A DNA stretch of 64,000 nt from Roseateles sp. (GCA_041914785.1 JAYSCT010000002.1:19621-83620), one strand, 5' to 3'; shown: positions 9,899-22,419, numbered from the stretch's first letter. The notes: a model not told the origin generated them from the sequence alone. A program made the numbers and translations.

Positions 9899-11982
9899 GC
9901 GTGGGCCGGCCGGGCGCCGTCGTGAGGGGAGCTGCCGTGCAGGACCGTCAGGCCCACGCGGCCTTCGCTCCAGGCCGCCTCCAGCCGCGCCGTCAGCTGG
10001 GCCGCGGCGGCGGCATCGGTGGCATGGATGCGCTCCACGCCGTAGGCCTTGTTGCGGCCATGCGCCTTGGCGAGGTACATGACGGTGTCGACGAGGTCGA
10101 TGGCCCGCTCCCACGGCAGGCGCAGGCCGTGCGGCGGCACCGGCAGGCTGACGAAGCCGATGGACGCCGTGACCGGGATGGGCCGGCCGTCATGCACGAC
10201 GGGCTGGCCGGCAATCAGGTCCAGCAGCCGCTGGGCCAGCTGCGGCGCGGCCAGGCCTTCGCGGGTGCGCGCGACGATGAGGAACTCCTCGCCGCCCCAG
10301 CGCACGACGAGGTCGTCGTCGCGCACCGCCTCGCGCAGCCGGCGGGCCAGCTCGGTCAGCACGGCGTCGCCGGCGGCATGGCCGAAGCCGTCGTTGATGC
10401 GCTTGAAGTGGTCCACGTCGATGAGGAAGACGGCGCCGGCCAGGCCGTCGGGGCCGCTCAGCGTCTTGATGGCGGCCTGGAAGTGGCGGCGGTTGGCGAG
10501 GCCGGTCAGCGGGTCGGTCTCGCTCTGGCGCTGCAGCGATGCGTTGCTGTGCGCCAGCTGCTCGTTGGTGCGGCGCACGCGCCGGAACGCCTGCCACAGC
10601 AGGCCCAGCGACACCGCGACGCAGCCGCCCAGGGCGGCCCACAGCATCAGCCCGAGGTTGCGCTGGTGCACCTGCTCGGCCTTGAGCGCGTTGTCGCGGT
10701 TCAGCAGCTCGATGTCGCGGGCGCGCTGCTCGGCGTCCTGGCGCTCCTGCGCCTCCAGCAGCAGCTTGCGGGTCTCGTCGCGCAGCACGCGGTCCACCAG
10801 CCGGCGGTGCTCGCGCCAGGCAGCGACGGCGCCGCCCAGGTCGCCGGCGCGCTCCAGGTAGACGGCCAGTTCCTTCCAGCCGTCGGACGCGTAGGAGACG
10901 GCGCCCTGCTGCTCGTCCAGCGCGATGGCCGCGCGCGCCTCGGCACGGCCTTCGGCCAGGCGGCCCAGCGCGATCTTGGCCAGGCCGATGTTGGAGCGGG
11001 CCACGCTCTCGGCGCTGACGTTGCGCGTCGCGTGCGCCAGCGGCAGCGCCTGCTCGGCCAGCTCCAGCGCGCGGGCGTAGCGCCCCTGGCGCAGGTGGTA
11101 GTCGGCGAAGTTGGCCAGGCCCAGCGCGCGCACGGAATCGGCGCCGGCCAGTGCGGCCTGCTCCAGCGCGTCGGCGTTGGCCTGCAGCGTGATGCTGGTG
11201 TCGGCGTCATCGGCGTGCACGATGCCGCGCGTCGTGTGCACGGCGTTCAGCGTCATGGGGTCGGGGTCCTTCTGCGCCTCGGCCAGCGCCTGCGCGGCAA
11301 GCTGGCGGGCGCGGGCCGGCGTGTCGGCGCGCAGCGTCGTGAAGGACAGGTCGGCCAGCGACAGCGCCACGCGCCAGGGCTGGCCGATCTGCTGCGCCAG
11401 CCGCAGCGCCTGGTGGCCCTCGGTGAGCGCGGCATCCAGCTCGCCGACGTCGCTGCTGAGGCCGGCCACCATGCGGTGGTAGCGCCACCGGTGCAGCGCA
11501 CCGGCGGCCGCCAGCTGCGCGGCGTCCACGGCGGTCAGCAGTTTGCGGGCCTCGCGCAGGTCGCCCTGGGTGCGCAGGTACTCGGCGCCGATGAGCGCCG
11601 CGGCGACGCGGGCGTCGGCACGCTGCTCGGCCACCGGCCAGTCGCGCAGCCGCTGCGCGAGGCGGTCGCTGAGCACGCGGTCGCGGGCCAGCGACGCGAG
11701 CAGGCCGCGCAGCGCGACGACGTCCAGCCGCGCCTCGCCGCCCGGCTGCGCGGCGGCACGCTGGCGCAGCTCCAGCTCGTACTGCGCCGGCTTGGCGCGC
11801 GCGGCGCGCTCGACGCGGTCCAGCTCACGCGACAGGCTGTCGTCGGCCGCCACGGCCGAAGTCGCCGCGGACGACGCCGGCGCCGTGCCGGAGGAGCCGC
11901 CCGGCGAGCAGGCAGCCAGCAGCAGCAGCGCGGCGACTGTCGCGCACTGCGTCCTGAGCTGGGCCTGAAGGGGTTGCATCAC
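9895..11982 (-). CDS. TPR-like repeat diguanylate cyclase with lipobox-like N-terminus
   Basis: LLLLAAC, helical repeats, TM, DVDHFK...RDDD...WGGEEF. Confidence 0.9.
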   Translation of the reverse strand: MMQPLQAQLRTQCATVAALLLLAACSPGGSSGTAPASSAATSAVAADDSLSRELDRVERAARAKPAQYELELRQRAAAQPGGEARLDVVALRGLLASLARDRVLSDRLAQRLRDWPVAEQRADARVAAALIGAEYLRTQGDLREARKLLTAVDAAQLAAAGALHRWRYHRMVAGLSSDVGELDAALTEGHQALRLAQQIGQPWRVALSLADLSFTTLRADTPARARQLAAQALAEAQKDPDPMTLNAVHTTRGIVHADDADTSITLQANADALEQAALAGADSVRALGLANFADYHLRQGRYARALELAEQALPLAHATRNVSAESVARSNIGLAKIALGRLAEGRAEARAAIALDEQQGAVSYASDGWKELAVYLERAGDLGGAVAAWREHRRLVDRVLRDETRKLLLEAQERQDAEQRARDIELLNRDNALKAEQVHQRNLGLMLWAALGGCVAVSLGLLWQAFRRVRRTNEQLAHSNASLQRQSETDPLTGLANRRHFQAAIKTLSGPDGLAGAVFLIDVDHFKRINDGFGHAAGDAVLTELARRLREAVRDDDLVVRWGGEEFLIVARTREGLAAPQLAQRLLDLIAGQPVVHDGRPIPVTASIGFVSLPVPPHGLRLPWERAIDLVDTVMYLAKAHGRNKAYGVERIHATDAAAAAQLTARLEAAWSEGRVGLTVLHGSSPHDGARPAHA

Positions 11983-12098
11983 GGCGGCAAAACGGGGGCT
12001 TGTGGTCCCGAACCGCCCATTTCAGCGCGGTTGCAGCACAGCATCGCACGGCAGGCGCAGCAGAGCGTTCAAATTCCACGTGCCGCGCCGCATCTCGC

Positions 12099-13777
<1,679 letters not shown>

Positions 13778-13781
<4 letters not shown>

Positions 13782-14806
13782 TCCAGCCCCCTGAGTTTTG
13801 GATCAAGCGCATCCCGCAGCGCGTCGGTGAACAGTGCGAATGCGGTGACGAAGACGGCCATGAAGGCGGCCACGGCGGCCAGCTGCCACCAGTAGCCCAG
13901 GATCAGCTCGTTCTGCGCCTCGGCCAGCATGGTGCCCCAGGAGACCTGGTCCACGCTGACGCCCAGGCCCAGGTAGCTGAGGATGACCTCGCTCTTGATG
14001 AAGCTGACGACGTGCAGCGACAGCTGCACCAGCGCCACGTGCGACACGTTGGGCAGGATGTGCCGGAACATGCGCGACGCCTGCGACGCGCCGATGGCCT
14101 CGGCCGAGCGCACGTACTCGCGCACGCGGTGCTTCATGAACTCCGCGCGGATGAGGCGGTAGATGCCGGTCCAGCCGGTCAGCGCCAGGATGGCGACCAC
14201 CGAGCCCATGCCGCGGTGGAAGATGGCCGCGAACGCGAAGATCAGCAGGATGCTGGGGATGGCCGTGAAGACGTTGTAGACCCACTCCAGGAAATCGCCC
14301 ACCTTGCCGCCGAAGAAGCCCGAGACGGCGCCCAGCACGGTGCCGATCAGCGTGGCCACCACCGCCGCGGCCAGGCCCACGAAGATGGACACCTCGGCGC
14401 CCTTGACGACCTTGGCCAGCACGTCGCGGCCCAGCCGGTCGCCGCCCAGCGGCAGCGTCTCGGCGCGCACGATCTCGTCGGTCTTGAACGCCTTGGCGCG
14501 CTCGGCCCACTCGGCGTAGCGGGGCGCCAGCGGGTCGATGTCGGACAGGTCGACATTGGGGCCGGTGGGCGCGGCGATGGTGCCGGTGTCCTCGGCGGGC
14601 TGCGGGCCCAGCAGCGTGGGCGGCGCGTTGGGCACGCCGATCTCCCGCTGCCAGCCGGCGGCGACGAGGTCGGTGGCCGCCAGCAGCACGAGCACAAGGA
14701 AGACACCGACGATGCCCATGGACACGACGCCGACGCGATCGGTCTTCAGGCGCCGCCAGGCGGCGGCCCAGACGCCGCCGGAAGAGGAAGTCAGCACGGC
14801 GCTCAT
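13778..14806 (-). CDS. peptide ABC transporter permease (DppC/OppC type)
   Basis: LGGDRLGRD and EYVRSAEAIGAS...HILPN motifs. Confidence 0.93.
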
Positions 14807-15741
14807 TTCAGGACAACGCGGGGATCGACGAGCTTGTAGAGGATGTCGACGACGAGGTTGACCGTCATCGTCAGCGCCGCCAGGTAGATGGCGAAGGCCT
14901 GGATGACGGGGTAGTCACCGCGGTTCACGGCCAGGTACAGCTCGCGGCCCAGGCCCGGGATGGAGAAGAACACCTCGATGAGGAAGCTGCCCACCAGCAC
15001 GCCGGGCAGCAGCACCGACACGTTGGTCAGGATGGGGATCATCGCGTTGCGCAGCACGTGCTTGAGCAGCACGGTGCCCTCGGTCATGCCCTTGGCGCGC
15101 GCGGTACGCACGTAGTCGTGGCCCAGCTCGTCGAGGAAGAAGCTGCGGTACAGCCGGATCTGCGGCGCCAGCGACACGGCCACGGCGACGAGGATGGGCA
15201 GCGGGGCGTAGGTGGTCAGGTTGGTCCAGTGGTCGCCCGTCCAGCCCTGCACCGGGAACCAGCCGAGGCGAAACGCGAAGAAGTACTGCGACAGGATGAC
15301 GTAGACCAGCAGCGAGATGGACACCGCCACGGTCGTGCAGACCATCACGGCGCGGTCGGTCAGGCTGCCGCGCACGGTGGCCACGGCCAGCGCGAACGGG
15401 ATGGCCAGCAGCACCTCCAGCACCAGGATGGGCACGGTCACCGTCAGCGTGGCCGGCAGCCGCGTCGCGAACAGGTGGGCCACGGCCTCCTTGGTGGCCC
15501 AGCTGCGGCCCCAGTCGAAGGTGACGATCTGCTTCAGGAAGATCAGCAGTTGCTCCCAGACCGGCTTGTTCAGCCCGAGCTGGTCGCGGATGGCCTCGAT
15601 CTGCTCGGGGCTGGCGTTCATGCCGCCCAGGATGATGGCGGGGTCGCTGCCGAAGTACTTGAACAGGAAGAACACCAGCAGCACGACGCCCAGCAAGGTG
15701 GGGATCATCTGCCACAGGCGTCGAATCAGATAGGCCGCCAT
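14803..15741 (-). CDS. peptide ABC transporter permease (DppB/OppB type)
   Basis: MAAYLIRRLWQMIPTLLGV; DYVRTARAKG...KHVLRNA. Confidence 0.93.
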   Translation of the reverse strand: MAAYLIRRLWQMIPTLLGVVLLVFFLFKYFGSDPAIILGGMNASPEQIEAIRDQLGLNKPVWEQLLIFLKQIVTFDWGRSWATKEAVAHLFATRLPATLTVTVPILVLEVLLAIPFALAVATVRGSLTDRAVMVCTTVAVSISLLVYVILSQYFFAFRLGWFPVQGWTGDHWTNLTTYAPLPILVAVAVSLAPQIRLYRSFFLDELGHDYVRTARAKGMTEGTVLLKHVLRNAMIPILTNVSVLLPGVLVGSFLIEVFFSIPGLGRELYLAVNRGDYPVIQAFAIYLAALTMTVNLVVDILYKLVDPRVVLK

Positions 15742-15879
15742 CGGGGCTCCCAGAAACCACAAACCCCGCGGCAGGCGCGGGGTTACACCAGAGAACGGGG
15801 CGGAGTCTATGCGAGCGCGCCGCCCGCCCACCCTGACGGTTTCACTAGACTCCGCGCTTTTCCAAGCGCACCTCCCGCG

Positions 15880-17676
15880 ATGAAGCCTTCCCTCCTGCTG
15901 ACCGGCCTGCTGCTGGCCTGCACGCTGACCCTTGCACAGGCCCAGGACAAGGTGCTGCGCTACGCCTTCCGGGTGGCCGAGACCGGCTTCGACCCGGCGC
16001 AGATCAGCGACAGCTACTCCAAGGCGGTTGCGGCGGGCATCTTCGATGCGCCGCTGGAGTACGACTTCGGCGCCCGCCCGTTCAAGCTGCGGCCCAACAC
16101 GCTGGCCGCGATGCCCGAGATCAGCGCCGACTTCAAGACCATCACGATGCGGGTCCGGCCCGGCACCCACTTCGCCGACGACCCGGCATTCAAGGGCAGG
16201 AAGCGCGAGCTGACCGCGGCCGACTACGTCTACAGCGTCAAGCGCCACTACGACCCGCGCTGGAACAGCGCCAACCTCTACCTGCTGGAGAACCCCAGGA
16301 TCCTGGGCCTGTCGGAGCTGCGCCGCGAACTGATGGCGGCCAAGAAGCCGTTCGACTACGACCGCGAGGTGGCAGGCCTGAAGGTGCTGGACCGCTACAC
16401 CTTCCAGATCAAGCTGGGCGTGCCCGACCCGCGCTTCGTCTACCAGTTCGCCGACGCCGGCTTCCTGGGTGCCGTCGCGCGCGAGGTCGTCGAGTACTAC
16501 GGCGAGAAGATCATGGAGCACCCGGTGGGCACCAACGCCTTCCGGCTGGCCGAGTGGCGGCGCAACTCGCGCATCGTGCTGGAGAAGAACCCCAACTACC
16601 GCGACGTGCGCTACGCCGAGGTGGCGCCGCCCGACGCCCCCGATAGGCTCAAGGCCGAGGTGGCCGCGCTGCAGGGCCGCCGGCTGCCGCTGGTGGACCG
16701 CGTGGTGATCGACATCGTCGAGGAGAACCAGCCGCGCTGGCTGTCCTTCCTGCGCGGCGAGGCCGACGTCATCGAGGAGGTGCCCATCGACTTCGCCGGC
16801 GTCGCGATGCCCGGCAACAAGCTCGCGCCCAACCTTGCCAAGCAGGGCCTCACGATGACGCGCTACCCGCGCGCCGACGTGTCCTTCAGCTACTACAACA
16901 TGGAGGACCCGGTCATCGGCGGCTACACGCCGGCGCGCATCGCGCTGCGCCGCGCGATCAACCTGGCGGTGGACCTGGACAAGGAGGTCAGCCTCGTGCG
17001 CCGCGGCCAGGCGGTGAAGAGCCAGGGGCCCATCCCGGCCGTCGCCTTCGGGCACGACCCGGCGTTCAAGTCCGAAATGTCCGAGTTCAACCTCGCCAAG
17101 GCACGCGCGCTGCTGGACATGTACGGCTACAAGGACCGCGACGGCGACGGCTGGCGCGAGCAGCCCGATGGCCAGCCGCTGCTCATCGAGTACGCGACGC
17201 TGGCCGACGGCGAGCGCCGCCAGCTGGCCGAGCTGTGGCAGAAGAACATGGCGCAGCTGGGCGTGCGCTTCAAGTTCAAGATCGGCAAGTTCCCCGAACA
17301 GCTCAAGGCCGCCAACGCCGGCAAGCTGCAGATGTGGCAGGCCGGCTGGGTGGGCACCACACCCGACGGCGACACCTTCGTCGCGATGGGCTCCAGCGCG
17401 TCCAAGGGCAAGGCCAACAAGCCGCGCTTCGACCTGCCGGCCTTCGAGGCGATCTACGAACAGCAGAAGGCGCTGCCCGACGGCCCCGAGCGCGCCGCGC
17501 TGCTGACCGAGCTGCAGCGCCTGCTGGTGGCCTACGCGCCGTACAAGTTCCACGTGCACAAGATCTGGACCGACATGGCCCAGCCCTGGGTGCGCGGCTA
17601 CAGCCGCAACATCTTCGTGCGCGACTTCTGGAAGTACGTGGACATCGACCTCGCCGCACTGCCCAAGGAGCCCTGA
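15880..17676 (+). CDS. family 5 ABC substrate-binding protein
   Basis: signal peptide; AETGFDPAQISD, HPVGT and DRDGDGWRE motifs. Confidence 0.9.
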   Translation: MKPSLLLTGLLLACTLTLAQAQDKVLRYAFRVAETGFDPAQISDSYSKAVAAGIFDAPLEYDFGARPFKLRPNTLAAMPEISADFKTITMRVRPGTHFADDPAFKGRKRELTAADYVYSVKRHYDPRWNSANLYLLENPRILGLSELRRELMAAKKPFDYDREVAGLKVLDRYTFQIKLGVPDPRFVYQFADAGFLGAVAREVVEYYGEKIMEHPVGTNAFRLAEWRRNSRIVLEKNPNYRDVRYAEVAPPDAPDRLKAEVAALQGRRLPLVDRVVIDIVEENQPRWLSFLRGEADVIEEVPIDFAGVAMPGNKLAPNLAKQGLTMTRYPRADVSFSYYNMEDPVIGGYTPARIALRRAINLAVDLDKEVSLVRRGQAVKSQGPIPAVAFGHDPAFKSEMSEFNLAKARALLDMYGYKDRDGDGWREQPDGQPLLIEYATLADGERRQLAELWQKNMAQLGVRFKFKIGKFPEQLKAANAGKLQMWQAGWVGTTPDGDTFVAMGSSASKGKANKPRFDLPAFEAIYEQQKALPDGPERAALLTELQRLLVAYAPYKFHVHKIWTDMAQPWVRGYSRNIFVRDFWKYVDIDLAALPKEP

Positions 17677-19484
17677 TGAAGCCCCTGTTCGCCGCGCTGG
17701 CGACCTGCCTCGCGCTGGCCGCACCGGCCCGCGCGGCCGAGCCCGCCAAGCCCACCAAGACGCTGCGTTACGCCTTCCGCATCGCGGAGACCGGGTTCGA
17801 CCCGGCGCGCATCTCCGACATCTACTCGCGCACCGTCACGGCGCACATCTTCGAGACGCTGTACGCGTTCGACCCGCTGGCGCGCCCGCCGCGCCTGGTG
17901 CCGCTGCTGGCCGCCGGCGAGCCCGAGGTCAGCGCCGACTACAAGACCTTCACGATCAAGGTCCGCCCGGGCATCTACTTCGCCGACGACCCGGCCTTCC
18001 AGGGCCGCAGGCGCGAGGTCACCGCGGCCGACTTCGTCTACAGCATCAAGCGCTTCGCCGACCCCGCCACCAACGCCCAGGCCTGGGTGGCGTACGAGGA
18101 AAACGGCATCGCCGGCCTGAACGAGCTGCGCGAGCAGGTGCTGAAGTCGAAGAAGCCGTTCCCCTATGACACCGAGATCGAGGGCCTGAAGGCGCTGGAC
18201 CGCTACACGCTGCAGGTGAAAACGCGTGCCCCGCGGCCGCGCCTCGTCGAGTCCATCTTCAGCGGCAACGACATCTACGGCGTCGTCGCGCGCGAGGTCG
18301 TCGAGTTCTACGGTGACAAGGTCATGGAGCACCCGGTGGGCACCGGGCCCTTCGTGCTGAAGGAGTGGCGACGCAGCTCGCAGATGGTGTTCGAGCGCAA
18401 CCCGACCTACCGCGAGCGCCACTACGAGGCGCAGCCCGCGCCGGGCGACCACGAGGCCGAGGCCATCTACGCGAAGTTCAAGGGCCGGCGCCTCCCGATG
18501 GTGGACCGCGTCGTCGTCGACGTCATCGTGGAGAACCAGCCACGCTGGCTGGCCTTCCTGAACAACGAGCACGACTTCATGGAGCGCGTGCCCGAGGAGT
18601 TCATCACCCAGGCCGCGCCGGGCGGGCGCATCGCGCCCAGCCTCGCCAAGCGCGGCATGCAGGCGGTGTTCACGCTGGCGCCGGACATGACCGTGACGTC
18701 CTTCAACCTCGACGACCCCGTCGTCGGCGGCGTCACGCCGGACAAGGTCGCGCTGCGCCGGGCCATCTCGCTGGCCTACGACGTGCGCAAGGAGATCACG
18801 ATCGCGCGCCGCGGCCAGGGCGTGCCGGCGCAGTCACCCATCGTGCCCAACACCAGCGGCTACGACCCGGCCTTCAAGAGCGAGATGAGCGACTACGACC
18901 CGCCGCGCGCCAAGGCGCTGCTGGACATGTACGGCTACATCGACCGCGACGGCGACGGCTGGCGCGACCTGCCCGACGGCAGCCCGCTGGTCATCACGCG
19001 CAACACCGAACCCAACTCGCTGAGCCGCGCCATCGACGAGCTGTGGGAGAAGGCGATGCGGGCCGTCGGCATCCGGCTGCAGATCAAGATCCAGCAGTGG
19101 CCCGAGAACCTGAAGGCCGTGCAGGCTGGCAACTACCAGACGTGGCAGGTCGGCTCGACCGCCTCGTCGCCCGACGGCCAGGAAGCCCTGCAGCGCTACT
19201 ACGGCCCCGGCGCCGGCACGCAGAACCTGCCGCGCTTTCGCGACGCGCGCTTCGACGCGCTGTACGACCGCATGCAGGCCCTGCCCGACGGCCCCGAGCG
19301 CGACGCGCTGTTCAAGGAGGCCAAGCGCTACGCGGTGACCTACATGCCCTACAAGGTGCATGTGCATCGCATGCTGACCGACATCGAGCAGCCGTGGATG
19401 AGCGGCTTCCGCCGGCCGCTGTTCTGGAACGATTTCTGGCAGTACGTCGACATCGACGCAGCAAGATCCCGGGCGCGCCCGTAG
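17676..19484 (+). CDS. family 5 ABC substrate-binding protein, tandem paralogue
   Basis: signal peptide; AETGFDPARISD, HPVGTGPF; TGATG overlap with the previous gene. Confidence 0.9.
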   Translation: MKPLFAALATCLALAAPARAAEPAKPTKTLRYAFRIAETGFDPARISDIYSRTVTAHIFETLYAFDPLARPPRLVPLLAAGEPEVSADYKTFTIKVRPGIYFADDPAFQGRRREVTAADFVYSIKRFADPATNAQAWVAYEENGIAGLNELREQVLKSKKPFPYDTEIEGLKALDRYTLQVKTRAPRPRLVESIFSGNDIYGVVAREVVEFYGDKVMEHPVGTGPFVLKEWRRSSQMVFERNPTYRERHYEAQPAPGDHEAEAIYAKFKGRRLPMVDRVVVDVIVENQPRWLAFLNNEHDFMERVPEEFITQAAPGGRIAPSLAKRGMQAVFTLAPDMTVTSFNLDDPVVGGVTPDKVALRRAISLAYDVRKEITIARRGQGVPAQSPIVPNTSGYDPAFKSEMSDYDPPRAKALLDMYGYIDRDGDGWRDLPDGSPLVITRNTEPNSLSRAIDELWEKAMRAVGIRLQIKIQQWPENLKAVQAGNYQTWQVGSTASSPDGQEALQRYYGPGAGTQNLPRFRDARFDALYDRMQALPDGPERDALFKEAKRYAVTYMPYKVHVHRMLTDIEQPWMSGFRRPLFWNDFWQYVDIDAARSRARP

Positions 19485-19604
19485 GCTGCCCATCCGCTGA
19501 TTTCCGCGGCTGCATCCCACCGTTTCGACGGCCTGTCGCAAGCCGCTGGCAGGCACGCCGCGTGCCGATAGGCTTCAGCCCATCAACACCGACAGGAGCT
19601 CGAG

Positions 19605-19934
19605 ATGAACGACGCGGAAGAACTCAACAAGCTGGCCGACCTGCACGCCCGCGGCGTGCTCAGCGACGCGGAGTTCGCGCAGGCCAAGGCCCGGGTGCTG
19701 GGGGGCCACGCCACCGCCGGCCACGGCCCGGCAGCCGGCCCCAACGTCGGCGCCGTCAACGGCCTGCGCCGCGCCCGCGTGGACCGCTGGCTGGGCGGCG
19801 TCTGCGGCGGCATCGCCCGCGCGACGGGGCTGGACTCCTGGGTCTGGCGCCTGATCTTCACGGTGCTGTTCCTGGCCTTCGGCAGCGGCATACTCCTCTA
19901 CATCCTCCTCTGGATCTTCGTTCCGGAGGAGTAA
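19605..19934 (+). CDS. SHOCT plus PspC domain protein
   Basis: LADLHARGVLSDAEFAQAK (SHOCT); DRWLGGVCGGIA...LYILLWIFVPEE (PspC). Confidence 0.88.
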   Translation: MNDAEELNKLADLHARGVLSDAEFAQAKARVLGGHATAGHGPAAGPNVGAVNGLRRARVDRWLGGVCGGIARATGLDSWVWRLIFTVLFLAFGSGILLYILLWIFVPEE

Positions 19935-19937
19935 GCC

Positions 19938-20013
19938 CACCCCCGAGGCGCTGACGCGCCTCCCCCTCAAGGGGGCGCCGCTGGCGGCCCGGCAAAGCCG
20001 GTTCCGCGGCGGC
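19938..20013. repeat. REP-like multi-hairpin intergenic element
   Basis: GAGGCGC-tgac-GCGCCTC, CCCCC-tcaa-GGGGG and CCGGC-aaa-GCCGG hairpins; one copy only in this window. Confidence 0.5.
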
Positions 20014-20087
20014 TGCTGGAGGGGTCGGCCCGGAGGGCCTCCACTGGTTTCATCGGTATGCTGGCTCGACAACGCCGGAGACCGCCG

Positions 20088-21701
20088 ATGAAACAGCTCC
20101 CAGGCCTCGACGCCAGCTTCCTGTACCTGGAGACGCCGCAGATGCCGATGCACGTCGGCGCGCTGCACCTGCTGGAGCTGCCGGCCGGCTACGACGGCGA
20201 CTACGTCGAGGACCTGCGCGAGCACATGCGCACCCGGCTGCCGCTGCTGCCGGCGCTGCGGCGCAAGCTGCTGACGATGCCGCTGGGCCTGTCCAACCCC
20301 GGGTGGGTGGACGCCGAGCCCGACCTCGAGGAGCACATCGTCGAGATCCCGCTGCCCGAGGGCAGCGGCATGGCCGAGCTGGAGGCGCAGGTGGGCGCGC
20401 TGCACCCCGTGCTGCTGGACCGCAGCCGCCCGCTGTGGAAGTTCCACGTCTTCACCGGCCTGGAGCCCGGCCCCGACGGCCAGGTGCGCGTGGCCCTCTA
20501 CACGCAGCTGCACCACGCCGCCGTGGATGGCCAGGCCGCCGTCGCGCTGGCGCAGGTCATCCTCGACCTCAGCCCCGAGCCGCGCGCCATCGAGACGCTG
20601 CCCGGGCGCGGCAGGAAGCGCGGCCAGCTGGGCACCGTGGGCCTGCTGCGCACCGCTGTCTCGCAGCAGTGGCAGCAGACCGTCAAGCTGGCGCGCGCGC
20701 TGCCCGGCGCGGCCGGCGTCCTCGGCAACATGGCCGCCGGCTATGTCGGCGGCGCCGCGGCCGGCAGCGCGGTCGACAAGCTGCGCGCGCTGCTGGCCGC
20801 CGTGTCCGACGCAGCGGCGCAGACGACCGCCGTCGTGCGCGGCAAGACGGCCGTCTCCAGCCTGGGCCCGGCGCCACGCACGCGCTTCAACGTGAGCCTG
20901 TCCGACACGCGCTCGTTCGCCGGCGTCACGCTGCCGCTGGCCGAGCTGAACCGCGCCCGCAAGCGCCACGGCGCCAGCCTCAACGACGCGGTGCTGTTCG
21001 TCATCGGCGGCGCGCTGCGGCGCTACTTCGCCAAGCACGGCCCGCAGCCGCGCAAGAGCCTCATCGCCGCCGTGCCCGTGTCCACGCGCGCGGCCGGCGA
21101 CACCACGTCCAACAACCAGGCCACGATGAGCTTCATGAGCCTGGGCACCCACCTCGCCAACCCGGCCGACCGGCTGGCCCACGTGATGGCCTCCAGCCAC
21201 GCGATGAAGGCGCAGATGACCCAGCTCAAGAGCCTGATGCCCACCGACTTCCCCAGCCTGGGCATCCCGTGGCTGATGCAGGCCGGCGCCATGCTGTACG
21301 GCCGCGCCAAGGTGGCCGAGAAGCTGCCCGTCATCGCCAACGTCGTCATCTCCAACGTGCCGGGCCCGCAGGTGCCGCTGTACCTGGCCGGTGCGCTGAT
21401 GCTGAGCAACTACCCCACCTCCATCGCCGTGCACGGCCTGGCACTGAACGTGACGGTGCAGACCTACCACCAGTCGCTGGACATCGGCCTGATGGCCTGC
21501 GGCGAGGCGCTGCCCGAGACCGCCGAGCTGGCGGCCTATGTCGAGGCGGCCTTCATGGAGCTGCAGGCGCTGCCGGTGGCCGAGGTGGCGGCCGAGCCGG
21601 CGCCGGCCGTGAAGAAGCGCGCACCGGCGAAGAAGGCCGCGGCCAAGCCGGCAGCCGCCAAGAAGGCGCCGGCCAGGCGCCGCGTGGCCAAGGCGGCGTG
21701 A
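20088..21701 (+). CDS. wax ester synthase/diacylglycerol acyltransferase (WS/DGAT)
   Basis: LDASFLYLETPQMPMHVG, catalytic HHAAVDG, NVVISNVPGP; Lys/Ala-rich tail. Confidence 0.93.
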   Translation: MKQLPGLDASFLYLETPQMPMHVGALHLLELPAGYDGDYVEDLREHMRTRLPLLPALRRKLLTMPLGLSNPGWVDAEPDLEEHIVEIPLPEGSGMAELEAQVGALHPVLLDRSRPLWKFHVFTGLEPGPDGQVRVALYTQLHHAAVDGQAAVALAQVILDLSPEPRAIETLPGRGRKRGQLGTVGLLRTAVSQQWQQTVKLARALPGAAGVLGNMAAGYVGGAAAGSAVDKLRALLAAVSDAAAQTTAVVRGKTAVSSLGPAPRTRFNVSLSDTRSFAGVTLPLAELNRARKRHGASLNDAVLFVIGGALRRYFAKHGPQPRKSLIAAVPVSTRAAGDTTSNNQATMSFMSLGTHLANPADRLAHVMASSHAMKAQMTQLKSLMPTDFPSLGIPWLMQAGAMLYGRAKVAEKLPVIANVVISNVPGPQVPLYLAGALMLSNYPTSIAVHGLALNVTVQTYHQSLDIGLMACGEALPETAELAAYVEAAFMELQALPVAEVAAEPAPAVKKRAPAKKAAAKPAAAKKAPARRRVAKAA

Positions 21702-21706
21702 ACGTC

Positions 21707-22324
21707 ATGGACGATTTCCAAGGCGACCTGGTCTTCTGGGGCTGCGTGCTGCTGGGCGTCATCGCGCTCATCGTGGCCGTCTTCAAGGCCGACCGGGGCG
21801 ACGCCGAGTCGATCCTGCAGAAGCGGCTGGCCGCCTACCCCGCCAGCGCCCGCGCCGTCATCCTGCGGGGCAAGCGGCCCGCGGGCTGGAAGTTGGCGCT
21901 GCAAATTTTCGTGATGGTGGCGATCGCGCTCGGCATGCCCAAGCTCCAGACATCCGGCACGCTGTCGCTACTGTGCGAACGCTTCGGTGCGGCGCAGACC
22001 TCACAGCTGCTGTTGCTGCTGGTCTATCCGGGCCTGCCCATCGGGCTGCTGCTGGCGCTGTCCCCGCTGCTCCTGCAGTCCGTGCGCATCCTCCGCGGCG
22101 GATACGCGCCGCCGCTGGACAGCGTACCGACGCACGACACCATCGCCGTGGCCGGCTGGCGGGCCACGCTGCGCGGCGTGGTGGGTCTGGTGCTGTTTCC
22201 CGTGCTGATCGGGGCGCTTGGCTACAACGCTGCCAGCCTGCGTCAGAGCTTCGACGCCCGCCCCTTGAACGCCGACGCCCGGTGCCCCGTGGGCAAGCCG
22301 CCGGCGGCAGCCCCGCGCCCATGA
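21707..22324 (+). CDS. hypothetical membrane protein
   Basis: about 205 aa with 4 hydrophobic segments, filling the gap between recognisable genes. Confidence 0.6.
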   Translation: MDDFQGDLVFWGCVLLGVIALIVAVFKADRGDAESILQKRLAAYPASARAVILRGKRPAGWKLALQIFVMVAIALGMPKLQTSGTLSLLCERFGAAQTSQLLLLLVYPGLPIGLLLALSPLLLQSVRILRGGYAPPLDSVPTHDTIAVAGWRATLRGVVGLVLFPVLIGALGYNAASLRQSFDARPLNADARCPVGKPPAAAPRP

Positions 22325-22419
22325 GCCCGCGGCCCCGCCGCTGGCGTCGCCCATGCGACACCAGCGCCACGCACCGGCCAGCGGACAATCGCGACGCTTG
22401 AGTTCCCTTTCCCGCCTGC

